Shown here piece after piece: positions 19,084-26,248 of a stretch of 29,929 nucleotides of DNA; the stretch's first letter is position 1; each line of letters starts with the position of its first letter. The position numbers were made by a program, and so were the translations under genes. This stretch comes from a virus. Its lineage: Duplodnaviria; Caudoviricetes. The stretch is from the IMG/VR virus record IMGVR_UViG_3300016665_000193, positions 1-29,929 of that record; one strand, 5' to 3'. The notes beneath the pieces were generated by a model. The model had not been told where the DNA came from. It made no database searches and saw nothing but the letters and a program-made list of their open reading frames with translations.

Positions 19084-19552
19084 CCAAATATAATCCTGCC
19101 CGGCTAAGCGCGTTTCGAAACGCACTCGTCCAGTTGATGTTCCGCCTATCGATGATGGCTCCTGCTTGTGAATATGAGCGCCAAATAGACACATCATTGA
19201 CTACTGGTTTGATTGCCTGTGTGATTGCTGGCCATTCGTCCTGGCGCGTCTCGTATGCATGGCGAAGGCAGTCCAGCACATGTGCAAGTGCTTCGTACTT
19301 TGTGGTGCGAATGGAGCGTGCCCACGCGATCTGTTTCTCGCTCCCGGTCAGCACGACAGGCATCGGCTCGAGCATCTTACCGATGAGGTACCACTCATGC
19401 TCCATCGCTCGTTTGCTCTGACATGCGCCGCAGATGTCAAGCGTCGATGCCATCATTGACATTTTGTAACGCAGGTCAGCCTGCGAATATCCGATCATGA
19501 TGAAGTCAGTGTGTCCACACTTCCACTTCAGGTCGATTCGTTCCTGATTCAC
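19067..19552 (-). CDS. Hypothetical protein (CGH..CxxC zinc site, LTGSEKQIAWA motif)
   Basis: GTG start at 19552 after AAGGGG; the GSEKQIAWA..IR motif is familiar from phage proteins of unknown function. Confidence 0.7.
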   Translation of the reverse strand: MNQERIDLKWKCGHTDFIMIGYSQADLRYKMSMMASTLDICGACQSKRAMEHEWYLIGKMLEPMPVVLTGSEKQIAWARSIRTTKYEALAHVLDCLRHAYETRQDEWPAITQAIKPVVNDVSIWRSYSQAGAIIDRRNINWTSAFRNALSRAGLYLGGLGQ

Positions 19553-19574
19553 GTTTTTCCCCTTCAATCGTGTC

Positions 19575-19787
19575 CTAACCGTTGATTGTTTTGAACATGT
19601 AGTTCCAATCAATCAGGCCATTGTCAATCCATTTCCACATGTGGCTGTATTCATCAGAATGTTCAGACAACATGCACAAACATTCCATGCAAATGACTTC
19701 AATGAGTCCCGGTGTGAGTTCTTCGTATTGCCGAATCACATCAGAACATGTTTCCATCATTGTTTTTGTTTCGATGTTTGTTGTCAT
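19575..19787 (-). CDS. Small acidic hypothetical protein, first gene of the leftward operon
   Basis: GAGG/AGGA SD, ATG 19787, AT-rich. Confidence 0.7.
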   Translation of the reverse strand: MTTNIETKTMMETCSDVIRQYEELTPGLIEVICMECLCMLSEHSDEYSHMWKWIDNGLIDWNYMFKTING

Positions 19788-19800
19788 TGTCCTAATCCTC
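19781..19800 (-). repeat. 20-bp direct repeat, copy 2
   Basis: Exact match to 19064-19083. Confidence 0.9.
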
Positions 19801-19826
19801 TCGATGTGGTGTCCAACCACACAAAC

Positions 19827-19868
19827 ATCCTAGCACGGGTTGACATAATGTGTCAACGTGTGGAATAT
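19827..19868. promoter_or_regulatory. Overlapping divergent sigma70-type promoters on a palindrome (putative operator)
   Basis: GTTGACA-TAATG-TGTCAAC at 19839-19857; plus strand TTGACA-N17-GAATAT; minus strand TTGACA-N18-TAGGAT with TG extension. Confidence 0.8.
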
Positions 19869-19875
19869 TGACGTC

Positions 19876-20073
19876 ATGATTTACGGACATACACAAGTGG
19901 AAATCGCTGAGAAGCTCGGCATCCACAAATCAGCCGTCTGTCGGATGCTCTCCGGCGGTCATGCTGTACGACAGTCGACCATCAAGCGCATCGCTGATGC
20001 AATCGGTCGGACTGAATACGAGGTCGCTCAATGGATCCTGTGTAAACGCATGGGACAAACACTACCCGAATAA
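19876..20073 (+). CDS. Cro/C1-type HTH regulator, probably leaderless
   Basis: TQVEIAEKLGIHKSAVCRMLSG..TIKRIADAIG; 7 nt separate the -10 box from the ATG, no SD. Confidence 0.85.
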   Translation: MIYGHTQVEIAEKLGIHKSAVCRMLSGGHAVRQSTIKRIADAIGRTEYEVAQWILCKRMGQTLPE

Positions 20074-20101
20074 CAACAATAGAAGGAACAGGAAAAACTC
20101 A

Positions 20102-20362
20102 ATGGACATCAAACTCAGCTGCATCGAATGTAATCGCCCGAACGCGGTGCCTTATGGTCGTGGTCATCGCATCTGTGAGATCTGCTCACAGCGTCAGCTC
20201 AAGCGTGAGCGCCGGCAGCGCACACAGCGACGCATCCAGACGCTTGGAGGATTCGTCCTGGTCGTAATGTTTACGTGGATGGCGTGTGCTATGGCTCACA
20301 GCTGGAACACTCCGAACAGTGCAGACCACCGCGCACATCAGGCGATGTCAGCCCGTGACTAA
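20102..20362 (+). CDS. Zinc-ribbon protein with basic helix and TM segment
   Basis: CIEC..CEIC, Arg-rich linker, LGGFVLVVMFTWMACAMA; AGGA SD. Confidence 0.7.
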   Translation: MDIKLSCIECNRPNAVPYGRGHRICEICSQRQLKRERRQRTQRRIQTLGGFVLVVMFTWMACAMAHSWNTPNSADHRAHQAMSARD

Positions 20363-21263
20363 GCGCATTGATACATGGAGCCAGTATCGCTCCAGTAGAC
20401 TCGCCAGTGGTCAAGACCTCCTCCTTCCACAGGAGGAGTTTTTTCTAGGTCGCATGGTGCACACCGGTACCGAGCGAGATATCAAGCGCGCGACAGAAGA
20501 GCTGATGACGTACAACGTGCGCCTGATCTCCATCATCGCGAAGCGCTTCAAGGGTCGTGGCTGCACTCACGAAGACATGATGTCGGATGGAATGATGGGC
20601 CTGCATCACGCTATCCAGCGCTATGATCCGGACAAGGGCTACAGATTCAGCACGTACGCCACGAACTGGATTCGCCAGGCAATCGGTCGCGGAGTCGAGA
20701 ATCGTGGTCGTGAGATCCGACTGCCATCGCACGTCATCGCGAAGATTACGCACATCCGAATCTCGCGCCAGGCGTATATTCTCAAACACGGCGAATCGCC
20801 ATCGATGCCGGAACTGCTCGACTGGATACAGTCACGCATCGATGAGTTTCCAAAGTATCTTCGCCATCAGCTCAAGACGCTCGATGTTCAGTATCTGTCC
20901 GACATCATCTCGATGGAACGTGTCGACATCAAGTCATTGGATGAACCGAATATTTACGGTCAATCATTCTCCGATTACGTGGCTACAGGAACGCCTGCGC
21001 CAGGTGATGCTCTGGACCGAGATGCACTGTACGTGCAGCTGTACAAACTGATGGATCACCTAACGGACCGCGAGATGGCGTGCATCCGGCTGCGCTTCGG
21101 ATTCGACGAGCTGGTCGAAGGACGCTCGCTGGAGGACGTCGGTCTGCTGGTTGGTTATTCACGCGAACGCATCAGGCAGATTCAGTCGAGAGCGCTCGAC
21201 AAACTTCGTCACTTACCGGAGGCAGGAGTGCTTCTCGAGACTTTGGAAGGGATTGACCTATGA
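20355..21263 (+). CDS. Phage-encoded sigma70-family factor, RpoD/RpoS-like
   Basis: NVRLISIIAKRF, YDPDKGYRFSTYATNWIRQAI, IRLPSH, SLDEP and SLEDVG..SRERIRQIQSRALDKLRH; GTG start inferred. Confidence 0.95.
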   Translation: MTKRIDTWSQYRSSRLASGQDLLLPQEEFFLGRMVHTGTERDIKRATEELMTYNVRLISIIAKRFKGRGCTHEDMMSDGMMGLHHAIQRYDPDKGYRFSTYATNWIRQAIGRGVENRGREIRLPSHVIAKITHIRISRQAYILKHGESPSMPELLDWIQSRIDEFPKYLRHQLKTLDVQYLSDIISMERVDIKSLDEPNIYGQSFSDYVATGTPAPGDALDRDALYVQLYKLMDHLTDREMACIRLRFGFDELVEGRSLEDVGLLVGYSRERIRQIQSRALDKLRHLPEAGVLLETLEGIDL

Positions 21264-21622
21264 CAGAATCAGAACATCAAATCGCGTACTTTAACTGGTG
21301 CCGAGTAATGGGTGGACGACATCCACGCCTCGACACAATATTCGCCATTCCAAACGGTGGATACAGAAGCAAAGCGACTGCCAGTCGGCTGAAGTCGGAA
21401 GGACTGAAGTCTGGCGTCTGGGACATCTTCATTCCAGTCCAGATGGGACAGCACTGCGGAATGTGGATCGAGATGAAGGCAGGGAAAAACAAACTCACGC
21501 CAGGACAAATCGCCTTCCGTGAGTCTGTTGGTGATGCTTACCTGTGGGCAGTTGCTTATGGCTGGGAGGAAGCAGTCGATGCGACCTGTCGCTATCTAGG
21601 CATCAGTAGCGGAATGAGCTGA
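21260..21622 (+). CDS. VRR-NUC domain nuclease
   Basis: ESEHQ, FAIPNGG, GVWDIF, WIEMK and LTPGQ. Confidence 0.9.
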   Translation: MTESEHQIAYFNWCRVMGGRHPRLDTIFAIPNGGYRSKATASRLKSEGLKSGVWDIFIPVQMGQHCGMWIEMKAGKNKLTPGQIAFRESVGDAYLWAVAYGWEEAVDATCRYLGISSGMS

Positions 21623-21847
21623 CAGATGCTCATTGATTTCATCAGCCATCTCGATGCTGTGGAGTTCACAGACTAGGTACCAGATGGCTTTTTGTAGGTC
21701 ATCGGACTTTTCTTCGCCGAGTTTTGAACCAGCGCGGAGAAGGTATTTGAGAGCATTGCCACGCTTGAAGTCAAGACCATAGGCGTCAATGATCTCGATT
21801 GGCTGAATCGGTTGTTTGCGGTAATGTGTCGGAACCTGCTTGGACAT
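21596..21847 (-). CDS. DUF3310 (T7 gp1.7 nucleotide kinase-like) protein
   Basis: PTHY..IQPIEII..FKRGNALKYLLRAGSK..DLQKAIWY. Confidence 0.88.
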   Translation of the reverse strand: MSKQVPTHYRKQPIQPIEIIDAYGLDFKRGNALKYLLRAGSKLGEEKSDDLQKAIWYLVCELHSIEMADEINEHLSAHSATDA

Positions 21848-21869
21848 GCAGGGATTGTAAGGGGTAAAA

Positions 21870-22706
21870 ATGAATCGTGTATCACAGGCCGTGACATTTT
21901 TGTCATGGCTGTTCGAGCCATATCCTGATGGCTTCGTCGAGATTCGATGCCTGAATCAAGGACGAAATCAAATGCGTTTCTACGAGCTGCCACGGACAGT
22001 CGACGACTGGACTGGTATCGCCGAAGGGTGTGTGCAGTGGAGTGACGAAGGAAATGATGTATACGTCGGCGTGCTTCCACGCTGGCGCAAAGGAGGACGG
22101 GACAATGATGTCCATACTGCTGGTGTACTTTGGTGTGACATCGATGACCTTACTGGTCTGGATGAAACTTCAACGCTTGATAAAGTTACAGTCGCGGTAC
22201 GCTCTGGAAAAGGACTCCACTGCTACAGACGACTCAAAGTGGCTGGCATTGGGACTAAGCCAGCAGAACAACGCGAGTTCGTCCAGCTGCTTGAACGATG
22301 GATGCTCTCACTCAGTTCCGCTGCAGACATCAAGTGCAAGAACCCGTCAAGAATATTACGAGTTCCTGGAACTCTAAATTGGAAAAACCGAGAACTCCCT
22401 AAACTCGTCGAACTGGCAAAGTATCCGCCAGAAGCCTCCAGAATCGTCAAAGAGACGCAAACCACACATCCATGGGGTGATGAGTGGTCGCGTCTACTTA
22501 TCGCTGCCAAAGCGGGAGACCTTCCAAAGCGCGAACGTGGCAATTGGAATCTGGGCAAGTATAAGCACGGCGACTACCTGCTTTATTGCTTCAATCATGC
22601 CATCGTTGGCATCGAACAGATGCGAGTCATGGGGATGGTTGCACATGCCGAGGAGTGTCGTAAACTCGTAACCACTGCGCTGGACACGCAGGACTTTTCG
22701 GAATAG
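21870..22706 (+). CDS. RepB-type (AEP superfamily) DNA primase
   Basis: DVYVGV, LWCDIDD, SGKGLHCY and RILRVPGTLN. Confidence 0.85.
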   Translation: MNRVSQAVTFLSWLFEPYPDGFVEIRCLNQGRNQMRFYELPRTVDDWTGIAEGCVQWSDEGNDVYVGVLPRWRKGGRDNDVHTAGVLWCDIDDLTGLDETSTLDKVTVAVRSGKGLHCYRRLKVAGIGTKPAEQREFVQLLERWMLSLSSAADIKCKNPSRILRVPGTLNWKNRELPKLVELAKYPPEASRIVKETQTTHPWGDEWSRLLIAAKAGDLPKRERGNWNLGKYKHGDYLLYCFNHAIVGIEQMRVMGMVAHAEECRKLVTTALDTQDFSE

Positions 22707-22714
22707 AGGATTAG

Positions 22715-24022
22715 ATGGAAGAACTTTCATTAGACGATCTCCGGCTCATGGTGGCCGGAGACATGGCGACGCACGCTCGCGTCGTAGCTCACGGTGAGCA
22801 TCACTGGGACAGACTGTTCCAACCGCATCCAGCATCAGGCGGACCATTCGGCGGACGAAACAATGCTTTGGTCACACTGCTCGGATTCCTTCGGGCAAAG
22901 CGCTTCACCATTGACCAGGCGAACGTGTTCAGCACATGGTGGTCTGACACTTACTGCGAACCAGCACTCGAGCATGAGACCATCCTCGAGACTACTGGAC
23001 GCTTCTGGGTTCAATGGGCGCAGGGTAATGTTCCGGATGACCTGCCGGGCGGTGAGACCATCGCACCATGGGAGGTCTGGGACTGGACTCGGATGGAGAC
23101 AGAAGAAGCAAAACTCGGAGCGCAGTCCTGGCTGATTCCGAACATCCTGTCGACGGGTGGACTGCATTATTTGTCTAGTCCTCCGGGCAGTGGAAAAACT
23201 TGGGTGATGTGCGATCTCATTCGTGCAGCTGTCTTCGGCGACAAATGGCTGAACGAGTTTGAGATTCCGCCGACGAAGGTTTTGTACATTGATGAGGAGA
23301 TGGGCGTCCAGAAGGTCCTACAACGCCTCAGGAAGCTCGGAATGCGTTCGGCTGAAGGAATGGGCTACCTGAACCGAGTCGGCATCAGATTCGACAATGT
23401 GCTCGATGTCGAACGCATCGTGAAACACTGTCAGGCAAACGACATCGGGCTGGTCATGATTGACTCCCTGGTGCGCGTGCATGGCCTTGATGAGAATGAT
23501 AACTCCCAGATGCGTCGACTCTACGACTCGTTCAAGAAACTCCTGGACGTCGGCATCACCGTGCTGATTGCACACCATAATCGCAAAGGTGGCACCGATG
23601 GAACGGTGAAGCATGAAGGCATGCGAGGCGCTGCGGAGATTGTTGCAGCTGCTGACATGGCGTATTCGGTCGAGAAACAGTCGAACGGACTCTACCGGAT
23701 GTACGTCACGAAGGGCCGTCTAATCAGCGACGAGGACGCCATCGATGTCACGTTTGAGATCCGCGACGAGGAAGGCATAACGAAGGTCAGGACGCTCGAC
23801 GCTGGTGCGCGTTCAGAAGCCATCACACAAGAAGTTCGGGCGAAGCTCATTGAACTGATCAGCGACTCTCCTGGTATTTCTCAGGCACGTCTCGCGGAGT
23901 TATGTGGCGGTCGGAAGTCGGTCGTTTCTGCCACTCTAGCAGACCTCGAAGCCAGTCGAATCGTGATGTTTGACAAGGGTCCACGGAATGCAAAACTGTA
24001 CCGTCCGACTGGTCTTTTATAG
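22715..24022 (+). CDS. PriCT-like domain plus RepA/AAA_25 helicase plus C-terminal HTH
   Basis: GRNNAL (PriCT), Walker A SPPGSGKT, VLYIDEE, Walker B VMIDSL, AHHNRK and GMRGA. Confidence 0.9.
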   Translation: MEELSLDDLRLMVAGDMATHARVVAHGEHHWDRLFQPHPASGGPFGGRNNALVTLLGFLRAKRFTIDQANVFSTWWSDTYCEPALEHETILETTGRFWVQWAQGNVPDDLPGGETIAPWEVWDWTRMETEEAKLGAQSWLIPNILSTGGLHYLSSPPGSGKTWVMCDLIRAAVFGDKWLNEFEIPPTKVLYIDEEMGVQKVLQRLRKLGMRSAEGMGYLNRVGIRFDNVLDVERIVKHCQANDIGLVMIDSLVRVHGLDENDNSQMRRLYDSFKKLLDVGITVLIAHHNRKGGTDGTVKHEGMRGAAEIVAAADMAYSVEKQSNGLYRMYVTKGRLISDEDAIDVTFEIRDEEGITKVRTLDAGARSEAITQEVRAKLIELISDSPGISQARLAELCGGRKSVVSATLADLEASRIVMFDKGPRNAKLYRPTGLL

Positions 24023-24028
24023 GCGTTT

Positions 24029-24209
24029 GACCTGTTCCCGCGACCTGTTCCCGACCTGTTCCGCCCTTAAGGATAAGAAAACGGGAACAGGTCAGGAAAA
24101 TCCCCCCTTTGGAAACCCCCCTGCCAGCATGTTTAGACGCGTGCTGGCTTAGGGGTATAAGTCGAAACTGTTCCTGCGGGCCGGGCGCTTACGCTGGCCC
24201 ACGGAACAG
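24029..24209. repeat. Putative replication origin: iterons and hairpins
   Basis: GACCTGTTCC x3 direct (24029, 24042, 24053), inverted copy CGGGAACAGGTC at 24082-24093, then two GC-rich hairpins, the second closed by CTGTTCC/GGAACAG. Confidence 0.7.
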
Positions 24210-24223
24210 CATCGACAGTTTGT

Positions 24224-24252
24224 TTGACAAGTGGTTCGATGTTTGGTAATGT
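24224..24252 (+). promoter_or_regulatory. Sigma70-type promoter for the SSB-like gene
   Basis: TTGACA-N17-TAATGT with TG extension. Confidence 0.7.
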
Positions 24253-24349
24253 CAACCGTGACGGTGCTGGTGGAATAACTTACTGGATTGGTGATTGATC
24301 CAGCACTGTCATCAACAGAGTGGTCTTATGACCAAAGGAGTATCGAGAT

Positions 24350-24850
24350 ATGGGTTTCTTTTCATCTGCATCGTTCAGCGATGGCAGCTCACAGTTTGAA
24401 GCAGCACCAGCAGGTGCATACGTCTGCCGTTTGGCAAACCTCGAGTCGGTCGACCGTCCTTCGTACGATGACCCGAACGTCATGACCCCGAACTTCAAGT
24501 TCACGTTCGAAACGACTGAGTATGGCGACAGCAACGGCAACGCCTACCGCTTCTTTAAGTACACCCGTCAGGGATACGGCAACGATCGCCAGGCACTCAC
24601 GGTGCTTCTGGATGGAATGCTCGGACGCCGCCTGACACAGGCTGAGTTTCACCAGCTCGACGTTGACGACCTGCTCGCGAAACAGTGGATGGTCACGGTC
24701 GACTCAAAACTCAACACACGCGGCAACATGACGAACGCCATCGTGTCGGTCGCTCCAGTGAGTGCAAAGAAGAAACTCACGAAGATCGCACAGCCAACCA
24801 TCAAGACCGACGACATCGAAGACCCATTCGGTGAAGACGCCAGCGAGTAA
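24350..24850 (+). CDS. Putative single-stranded DNA-binding protein
   Basis: FEAAPAGAYVCRL beta pattern, acidic tail DDIEDPFGEDASE, AAGGAG SD, next to the helicase and origin. Confidence 0.65.
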   Translation: MGFFSSASFSDGSSQFEAAPAGAYVCRLANLESVDRPSYDDPNVMTPNFKFTFETTEYGDSNGNAYRFFKYTRQGYGNDRQALTVLLDGMLGRRLTQAEFHQLDVDDLLAKQWMVTVDSKLNTRGNMTNAIVSVAPVSAKKKLTKIAQPTIKTDDIEDPFGEDASE

Positions 24851-24875
24851 CTTCTGCGCTTTCACACTCGCTGTC

Positions 24876-24913
24876 GCACCAGGTACATTCCCGCCGAATG
24901 TGCCTGGTGTTTT
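24876..24913 (+). terminator. Rho-independent terminator
   Basis: CACCAGGTACATTC-ccgcc-GAATGTGCCTGGTG then TTTT. Confidence 0.85.
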
Positions 24914-24934
24914 ACTTCCGGACGAGGGGAAATC

Positions 24935-25498
24935 ATGTACAAAAAGGAACAGAAGGCAGAGATGCTCGCGAAGGTCATCGCATTGATGGCTGAAGGAAAC
25001 AGCATCAGCAAATCAGCAGCTCAAATCGGAATGCCACGGGCCATCATTTCGAAGTGGCTGAACGAAGCAGGTCACGGTGGCGAATCGACACCAAAGGACA
25101 TCGTTCACACGCTTGACCAAAAGAGAGACATCGTCGCCAAAATTGCAGACATGGTCGTTCAAGGGATTGACCGTCGCGAGGCCGTCCAGTCGCAGGGTAT
25201 CGACACACGACGCTTCAATAAGTGGTTGTCCACTGAGCCATCACTACGCGTCGATTATTTTATGATCTGTGGAAAAGGTGTCAACGTCGGTTATACGCGT
25301 AAGACATTTGACACCATCATGGATTCCATACGGGCTGGTGCAGCTGTGCAGCGCGATGGTGCACGCTGGAAACTTAGACTCGTCGAAGGTGCGCTCATGC
25401 GTTATGAGCTCACAGGTAGTGGACAGTGGATCTCAAAGGGATTCGCGACTCTCTCTGGGACTGATGTCCTGGCGCGAGATTGGACGGTGGTCGAATGA
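24935..25498 (+). CDS. Tandem HTH-HTH fused to a C-terminal DUF2829/Tad2-like domain
   Basis: Two repeats (EQK..AKVIALMAEG.SI..AAQIGM..ISKWL / DQK..AKIADMVVQGI..AVQSQGI..FNKWL), then KTFDTIMDSIRAGAAVQRDG...TDVLARDWTVVE. Confidence 0.75.
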   Translation: MYKKEQKAEMLAKVIALMAEGNSISKSAAQIGMPRAIISKWLNEAGHGGESTPKDIVHTLDQKRDIVAKIADMVVQGIDRREAVQSQGIDTRRFNKWLSTEPSLRVDYFMICGKGVNVGYTRKTFDTIMDSIRAGAAVQRDGARWKLRLVEGALMRYELTGSGQWISKGFATLSGTDVLARDWTVVE

Positions 25499-25749
25499 CA
25501 GGTATTGAGGCACTACAAGCATTACGGGACGGGAAAAAGGTCATTAATCGCCACTATATGACCAATTTTTTCATGTGTGTTGTTACGCGCATAGACCTTA
25601 AAGGAACTGAATTCGAATGGCCTTACAAATCGTTTGTTTGGGTAAATATTGACAAAAAAGATTTAATCAACACTACGGATTGTAGTAATCACTATATAGG
25701 CGTTTCGCCTAATGTGTTTCTACTAGATGATTGGGAGGTAGTGGAATGA
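25495..25749 (+). CDS. DUF2829/Tad2-like protein, array unit 2
   Basis: MTGIEALQALRDGKKV...FLLDDWEVVE; ATGA overlap; AT-rich. Confidence 0.72.
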   Translation: MTGIEALQALRDGKKVINRHYMTNFFMCVVTRIDLKGTEFEWPYKSFVWVNIDKKDLINTTDCSNHYIGVSPNVFLLDDWEVVE

Positions 25750-26006
25750 CAGGAGTAGAGGCACTGCAGGCATTGCTGGATGGAAAAAAACTAACGATTC
25801 CTGAGTTCCAAAAGCCATATGAAGATTCTAGTGAAAGATATTACGTTGTACTAGAAGAGCGAATGTTCATGGGCAAACCGGATAGGCAGATTATATGGGT
25901 AAGCACGTTAGGCTATTCAGTAGATAGCAATCCGTCAACTTGTGAATATGGAAACTTGGTAGATGCTTCTCTGTTCTTGAGAGACGATTGGGAGGTATTC
26001 GAATGA
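25746..26006 (+). CDS. DUF2829/Tad2-like protein, array unit 3
   Basis: MTGVEALQALLDGKKL...FLRDDWEVFE; GGAGG SD, ATGA overlap; AT-rich. Confidence 0.72.
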   Translation: MTGVEALQALLDGKKLTIPEFQKPYEDSSERYYVVLEERMFMGKPDRQIIWVSTLGYSVDSNPSTCEYGNLVDASLFLRDDWEVFE

Positions 26007-26248
26007 AGTTCGCAGAAGTAATCGAGCCATTGATGTATGGCAAGCCAATCACACGCGCAACCTGGGAACACTCCGTGTATGTCCGTTATTGCGACCTGTT
26101 TGAATTGTTCATTATGCACGCTGATGGTGAGTCGACGACAATCCAGGGAATAACGATGTATCCGGAATGGATGCTCGCTGATGATTGGATGTGGGGCGAG
26201 TTTCATCCGGTCAAGGACGAAATCAAGTGGACACAGACAAAATCATAA
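26003..26248 (+). CDS. DUF2829/Tad2-like protein, array unit 4
   Basis: MKFAEVIEPLMYGKPITRATW...WMLADDW plus a short tail; GGAGG SD, ATGA overlap. Confidence 0.72.
   Translation: MKFAEVIEPLMYGKPITRATWEHSVYVRYCDLFELFIMHADGESTTIQGITMYPEWMLADDWMWGEFHPVKDEIKWTQTKS

Noticed and set aside
17118-20073. Lysogeny module
   Set aside because: No integrase, CI-like repressor with peptidase domain, or ParA/ParB recognised
24029-24093. Short repeats as a CRISPR mini-array
   Set aside because: Units are 10-13 bp, nearly abutting, one is inverted, and there are no spacers
25478-26010. Diversity-generating retroelement or integron as the source of the variable array
   Set aside because: No reverse transcriptase, no near-identical TR/VR pair, no tyrosine recombinase and no attC-like intergenic hairpins; the units overlap directly
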